From positions 1 through 28,275 of IMG/VR virus record IMGVR_UViG_3300049780_000025: 28,275 bases of DNA; one strand, given 5' to 3'. Numbering within the stretch: the first letter of the stretch is position 1; each line of letters starts with the position of its first letter. This DNA comes from a virus (Duplodnaviria > Caudoviricetes). This document shows, in pieces, positions 24,037-28,275 of this stretch. The translations under genes and the position numbers were made by a program. The notes under the pieces are model-generated. The model saw only the letters and a program-made list of their open reading frames with translations. It did no database searches and was not told the DNA's origin.

Positions 24037-24393
24037 CTACGCGGGCGCCTCGGCCTTGCCGAGGTCGGTGGCCGGGACGGGCTGGATCAGGTCGCCGGTC
24101 TCCCGCTCCCGGACGACGGCGCCGGCCACGGTCCCGGCGTGCTCCAGGGCCTGGCCCAGGTCGGAGTGGGCGAACACCACGATGCCCTTGCCGCCGTCCT
24201 CGGCCACCTCGTACGTCTCCTTGTGGAAGACGATCTCGTTGGTGCCCTGGATACGGACGGCGCTGCCGTCGTAACGCCCGGACACAGTGATGGCGGTGGG
24301 CTTGCTGGCGCTCTTGAAGGCGGACCGGCCACGGCCGGCTTCCATGGCCACCTCGTACTGGATCTTGCCGCGCTGGTTGCAGGCGCATCCCAT
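24037..24393 (-). CDS. Small protein with MGCAC leader and two tandem ~48-aa repeats (118 aa)
   Basis: YEVAMEAGRG..G.AVR..T.EI repeats as YEVAEDGGKG..GAVVR..TGDLI. Lies between the protease fusion and MCP. Confidence 0.75.
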   Translation of the reverse strand: MGCACNQRGKIQYEVAMEAGRGRSAFKSASKPTAITVSGRYDGSAVRIQGTNEIVFHKETYEVAEDGGKGIVVFAHSDLGQALEHAGTVAGAVVRERETGDLIQPVPATDLGKAEAPA

Positions 24394-24395
24394 AA

Positions 24396-27300
24396 CTACT
24401 GGTCTCCCTCGGGGTCGGTGGTGGTGGGTGCGAGGACGGCGGCGGACAGGGCCGCTACCTCCTCGCGCCGCTCGGTGTCCCGGCGAGCCAGGGCGGCCTG
24501 GAGGCCGTCCAGGAATGCCGGGTTGTCCAGCAGGGCGGCCATGTTGTCCGGACCGTGTCCGCCGGGGGTGTCCGGACGCTGTCCGGGCAGGTCAAGGCCG
24601 TCCGCCATGCCCGGGCGGACACCGTGCCCGGACGTGTCCGGACCGTGTCCGGGCACGGTGTCCGGGTTGTCCAGGACGGCGGCGGCCGAGGCGGCCAGGG
24701 CGAGGTTGCCGCGCTCCACGGCGGCGGCGAGCAGCGGGGAGGAGTGGCCGGGCACGGGGACGGAGAGCACGGCCCGGAGCTGCCAGCGGCCGTTGTCACC
24801 CTTCTTCATGTGGTAGCTGGGCTGGCACCCCATGAACACGGTGCGGTCCCACTCCGACAGCCAGGGGGCGGCGGCACCGGAGAACCACATGCCGCGGGCG
24901 TTCATGCCCACCGTGACGATCCCGGCCACGGTCCTGGTGTCGTCGAACTGGCAGGCGGCGCTGTCGCACTCCGCCCCGTCCGCCGTGTGGGGGGCGTTCA
25001 TGGTGAAGGCGCCGGCCTTGACCATCTCGCCGTTGTCCAGCAGGAAGCGGGCGCGCAGGAAGTGCGTGGTGTCGATGTCGCCCAGGCTGTCGATGGTCAG
25101 GCGGCGGTTGGCGAACCCGGCGTGCGGCTCCCCGGCCTGGGCCACCCACCCGTAGATCCGGCCGTTGCTGTAGTGGACGCCGCCGCTGCCCGGCGGCAGC
25201 TCCTCCTCCGTGGGCTCCGCGAACCACCCGCTGGGCATGGGGGGCAGGTCGCGCATGGCCGTCCAGGCGGACGCCACCAGGTCCGTCAGGCCCTGGTCGT
25301 CGCCGTCGACCACCCCGGCGGCGCTGGCGGTGGCGTGCGCGCCCTCGGGCATGGAGGAGGCGCCGACGTACAGGCCGGCGGCGAGGCGCACCAGGTGGCC
25401 GTCCTTGGCGGCGGCACGCAGGTGGCCGGCGGCCGTGCTGGTGGCGATGCCCAGCGCCTTGCCCACGGCCGCCGCTCCCACGGGGCCGGGCGAGGCGCGC
25501 ACGTAGCTGATGACGCGCTGGCGGGTCTCCCCCGGGGCGGAGGCGGCGGCGGTGAGCGCGGCGGCCGCGGCGGCGGCCTGCTCCTCGTCCGGCTCCTCCA
25601 CCGGGTCCAGCACGATGCGGGCCTGGTCGAAGGCGGGCATGGCCACCAGGGTGGCGCCGCGCAGGCGGGCCTTGGTGATGCGGATGACGAAGTCGCCGGC
25701 CTGCTCGGAGTGGAGGACCACGCCGTCGTCGCTGTCGCTGTCCCCGGCCGCCGCCGTCAGCTTGGGCAGCCGCGCTCCGTCGAACACGGCCAGGGCAGCA
25801 GCGGACAGGGTGCCGCCCGGGCCGGTGATGAGCTGGGCGCGGTGCTGGCGGCGCGTCAGGGAGGTACCGGCCGCCGTCACCTCCACCTCTGTGGCGGCGT
25901 TGATGACCCACCCGCCGTCTTCCAGACGCATCACGGATGCGTACGGCAGGGACGCGGCGAGCACCAGGCCACCGTCCTCGTCCTCGGCCAGGGTGCGGTC
26001 CACGAACTCCACGTCCACGCTGTCCAGGTCCACCGAGACGCCGAGGGGCGCGGGCGGGTCCTGCTCCAGCAGGGTCACCACCTCATAGCCGGCGCGCTGG
26101 GTGAGGTAGAGGGGGCCGCGGCCGGTGATGCGGGCGCTGTCCCGGCCGGGCTCCTCGATGGCGCCGGCGAGTTCGGCGCCCTCGTGGCCCATGCCCATTT
26201 CGTCCGCGTACTGGAGGGGCCAGGGGCCGGTCTCCCAGTAGATGGCGCCGGACGCGAAGATGCGGCCGTCGCCCGTCTCGGAGTCCTCGAACGCCAGGGC
26301 CGTGCCGTCCGGGGTGGACCAGGTACGTACCGGCAGCGCGGCGGCCTGGGCCTCGTCTGTGGGGTTGTCCATGGGTGGCTCCTCCTCGGGGCCGATGGGG
26401 ATGTCCGTGTGGTCGTCGGCGAACGCGACGCGGATACGGTCGAAGGTGAGCGGGCCCAGGCGGTCGGCCATGGCCTCAAGGGGCCAGGTGTCGGCGGTGT
26501 AGGCGCCCGTGGAGTGGGCGACCCATGGGGAGTGCTGGCGGGGCAGGTCCGGGTTGTTGTGGCCGTCCTCCAGGGCGTCCTGGGCGACGGCGCGCGCCTC
26601 GTGCAGCGTGGCGTCCTCGTCGCCGGCCTCGGGGTCGTCGCCGATCGCCCACACCCATGCGGGGCGGTCACCGTGTGGGTTCCAGTGACTGACGCCGAAC
26701 GCGCTCGCGCGGATGGGGCCGGGCAGGCTGGCGGCCCGGGCGCGGACGCCTTCCACCAGCTCGCGACGCTGGTCCTCGCCCCAGTCGGCGCCCTCCCCCA
26801 GGAACCACAGCGTCAGGTGCAGCTCCTCCGGGGGCTCCCCGTCCTCCAGGGCCAGGCGTTGTGCGTCCCCCTCGCTGGGCAGGAGCGCGATCATGCCGCG
26901 CTTGCGGTTGGTCGCCGCCGCTGTCTGCGTTTCGTAGGCGTCGCCTCGGCTGGCGTCTGGGATTCCCAGGGCGGAGGCGCTGCGGTCTGGGGCGTGCTGT
27001 AGGCGGAGGATGCACCGGCAGTTGCACACCAGCTTGGGCGGGGCGCTGGGGTCGCCGGGGTGCTGCATGTCGACGCCGTCCACCTCGAACGCGTCGTCCA
27101 GCAGCCGCACGAACCCGTTCACGTCGTGGTGGGCGTCCCGCACCTTGCTGTCCCGGCGGGTCTGCCACTGCTTGACGATCGGGCGGTCCGGGCCGGTGAG
27201 GGCCTGGGCGGCGGCCAGGGTGGCCGTGTTCCACGCGCGGGCCGCCTCGGTCGTCGCGATCAGGGATTCCCGGCTCTCCCCGAGCTGCGCCCCCTCGCGG

Positions 27301-27758
27301 GCGAACACGGCCAGCAGGCGGGCGCGCAGCGCCTCCAGGTCCTCCCCGGCGTCGGCGCCGGCGGCGAGCTCGCGCACGGCTACCTCGGCCAGGCGGTCGC
27401 CCACGGCACGTAGCAGGTGCTCGGTGGACTCCACGTACTGGCCGATGCCCTCGGGCAGCTCCTCGTCCCGGTCGTGGCGGCCGGGCAGGTCGTCCCACCC
27501 GTCCGGCAGCTCGGCGTCCACCTGGCCGGCGGCCGTCTCGGCGGCCTGCTCGGTGACGCCGAGGAGGCGGCGCACCAGGCGCGGCACCCGCCGGCTCCAC
27601 ATGCCGGCGATGCGGGACACGCTGAAGCGGGCGGCCACCAGCTCCGTGGCGTCCGCCAGTTCGGCGGCGAACTCCTCGGCCACCTCCTCCAGGACGGCGC
27701 GTACTTCCGCCGCCACGTCCTCCTCGGCGGCGGCCAGGGCCTCCTCCAGCTCATCCAT
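24396..27758 (-). CDS. MuF-like minor head protein fused to a 2H phosphoesterase and a probable capsid maturation protease region (1120 aa)
   Basis: MuF signature KQWQTRRDSKVRDAH..HPGDP..NCRC (ends ~27010). Two HxT motifs, LHLTLWF and AHST (~26400-26900). ETGDGR..PWPL..H.GA..AG, RLRGATLVAMPAF and GRIYGWVA..G.WFSG motifs of actinophage maturation-protease-type proteins. Upstream of MCP. Confidence 0.85.
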   Translation of the reverse strand: MDELEEALAAAEEDVAAEVRAVLEEVAEEFAAELADATELVAARFSVSRIAGMWSRRVPRLVRRLLGVTEQAAETAAGQVDAELPDGWDDLPGRHDRDEELPEGIGQYVESTEHLLRAVGDRLAEVAVRELAAGADAGEDLEALRARLLAVFAREGAQLGESRESLIATTEAARAWNTATLAAAQALTGPDRPIVKQWQTRRDSKVRDAHHDVNGFVRLLDDAFEVDGVDMQHPGDPSAPPKLVCNCRCILRLQHAPDRSASALGIPDASRGDAYETQTAAATNRKRGMIALLPSEGDAQRLALEDGEPPEELHLTLWFLGEGADWGEDQRRELVEGVRARAASLPGPIRASAFGVSHWNPHGDRPAWVWAIGDDPEAGDEDATLHEARAVAQDALEDGHNNPDLPRQHSPWVAHSTGAYTADTWPLEAMADRLGPLTFDRIRVAFADDHTDIPIGPEEEPPMDNPTDEAQAAALPVRTWSTPDGTALAFEDSETGDGRIFASGAIYWETGPWPLQYADEMGMGHEGAELAGAIEEPGRDSARITGRGPLYLTQRAGYEVVTLLEQDPPAPLGVSVDLDSVDVEFVDRTLAEDEDGGLVLAASLPYASVMRLEDGGWVINAATEVEVTAAGTSLTRRQHRAQLITGPGGTLSAAALAVFDGARLPKLTAAAGDSDSDDGVVLHSEQAGDFVIRITKARLRGATLVAMPAFDQARIVLDPVEEPDEEQAAAAAAALTAAASAPGETRQRVISYVRASPGPVGAAAVGKALGIATSTAAGHLRAAAKDGHLVRLAAGLYVGASSMPEGAHATASAAGVVDGDDQGLTDLVASAWTAMRDLPPMPSGWFAEPTEEELPPGSGGVHYSNGRIYGWVAQAGEPHAGFANRRLTIDSLGDIDTTHFLRARFLLDNGEMVKAGAFTMNAPHTADGAECDSAACQFDDTRTVAGIVTVGMNARGMWFSGAAAPWLSEWDRTVFMGCQPSYHMKKGDNGRWQLRAVLSVPVPGHSSPLLAAAVERGNLALAASAAAVLDNPDTVPGHGPDTSGHGVRPGMADGLDLPGQRPDTPGGHGPDNMAALLDNPAFLDGLQAALARRDTERREEVAALSAAVLAPTTTDPEGDQ
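24518..24674. repeat. In-frame array of TGTCCG(G) short repeats flanked by 13-bp direct repeats
   Basis: TGTCCG at 24545, 24556, 24569, 24580, 24635, 24646 and 24659, plus TGCCCG variants; ccgggttgtccag at 24518 and 24662. Confidence 0.8.
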
Positions 27759-28011
27759 GGAGGGTCACCTCCGGCAGGGCGCCGAGGATGGTCACGGAGC
27801 CGTCGGCGGCGCGCTGGAAGCCCCACATGCCGAGCGGGACGGTGCCGTACGCCGTGGGGGCGATCAGGGTGACGTAGGCGGTGGCTTCCTCGCCCGCCGG
27901 CAGCGGCTCGAAGAGCGCGGCGGCCAGGTCGCCGGCCTCCTCGATGAGGCCGACGAGGGGCGCGGCGGTCGTGGGTGACGCCTCGTTCGTCAGGTAGGCC
28001 GGGTCAGCCAT
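27751..28011 (-). CDS. Hypothetical phage protein (86 aa)
   Basis: 8-nt ATGgctga-type overlaps with both neighbours; SD GAGGGGGAG. Confidence 0.65.
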   Translation of the reverse strand: MADPAYLTNEASPTTAAPLVGLIEEAGDLAAALFEPLPAGEEATAYVTLIAPTAYGTVPLGMWGFQRAADGSVTILGALPEVTLHG

Positions 28012-28255
28012 GGGCGCGCTCCCCCTCTCGGGACGGGGCGGGCGCCACGTCGGTGAACGGGTCGTCCGTGAGGCGGGCGCGCTCGCGGTTGCGCCAGGCG
28101 AACAGCTCCTCCCACAGCTCGATGCCGTCGCACTTGGAGCACCAGCCGTGCACCTGGTGGGCGATGAGGCTGTGCCCGGGCGGCGCCTTGACCTCCAGCG
28201 GCCGGCCGTTGGGCGCCGCCTCGCCGGGCGCCTGGGTGGTGGGGGTGTCAGCCAC
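28004..28255 (-). CDS. Hypothetical phage protein (83 aa), possible Zn-binding H..H..CxxC
   Basis: GTG with GGAGG SD; AHQVHGWCSKC; stop overlaps the next start. Confidence 0.65.
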   Translation of the reverse strand: MADTPTTQAPGEAAPNGRPLEVKAPPGHSLIAHQVHGWCSKCDGIELWEELFAWRNRERARLTDDPFTDVAPAPSREGERAHG

Positions 28256-28275
28256 GGGGGGCCTCCATCGTGGGG

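Larger units (their letters stand above)
1..28275 (-). mobile_element. Head-tail morphogenesis region of a siphovirus-type actinophage or prophage
   Basis: Co-oriented MuF/protease, MCP, major tail, adaptor, terminator, chaperone and TMP genes. No integrase, terminase or att site lies in the window, so prophage versus free phage cannot be decided. Confidence 0.92.

Noticed and set aside
14557-27002. Long plus-strand ORFs 14557..17340, 18897..21503, 22357..23949 and 24555..27002
   Set aside because: They mirror well-supported minus-strand structural genes and show no recognisable motifs.
1-28275. Contractile injection system or tailocin
   Set aside because: Capsid, MuF and protease-type genes are present, and no sheath or baseplate-wedge genes are seen.

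Overview
Very GC-rich, Streptomyces-like DNA. The whole window is the virion-morphogenesis region of a long-tailed (siphovirus-type) actinophage or prophage, read almost entirely on the minus strand from right to left. Gene order: two small genes; a 1120-aa fusion of MuF, a 2H-phosphoesterase and a probable capsid-maturation protease region; a Cys-leader protein; major capsid protein; a second capsid-type protein; a C2H2-finger protein; an ~11-kb block of Cys-rich repeat and fibre proteins with two putative fibre chaperones; major tail protein; head-tail adaptor; tail terminator; neck protein; tail assembly chaperone with a probable -1 frameshift; and a tape measure gene running off the left edge. 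Three lower-GC, plus-strand, apparently leaderless single-TM genes are inserted between neck and chaperone. Main unexplained signals: (1) seven copies of a bulged RNA-hairpin motif with covarying stems in the leaders of five structural genes; (2) a modular Cys-stapled scaffold carrying four jelly-roll-like passenger domains inserted at the same loop; (3) the MuF-2H fusion, which has an internal start site; (4) pervasive cysteine enrichment of predicted virion-shell proteins; (5) an in-frame TGTCCG repeat array. All functional calls come from motif recognition and synteny; no database searches were run.
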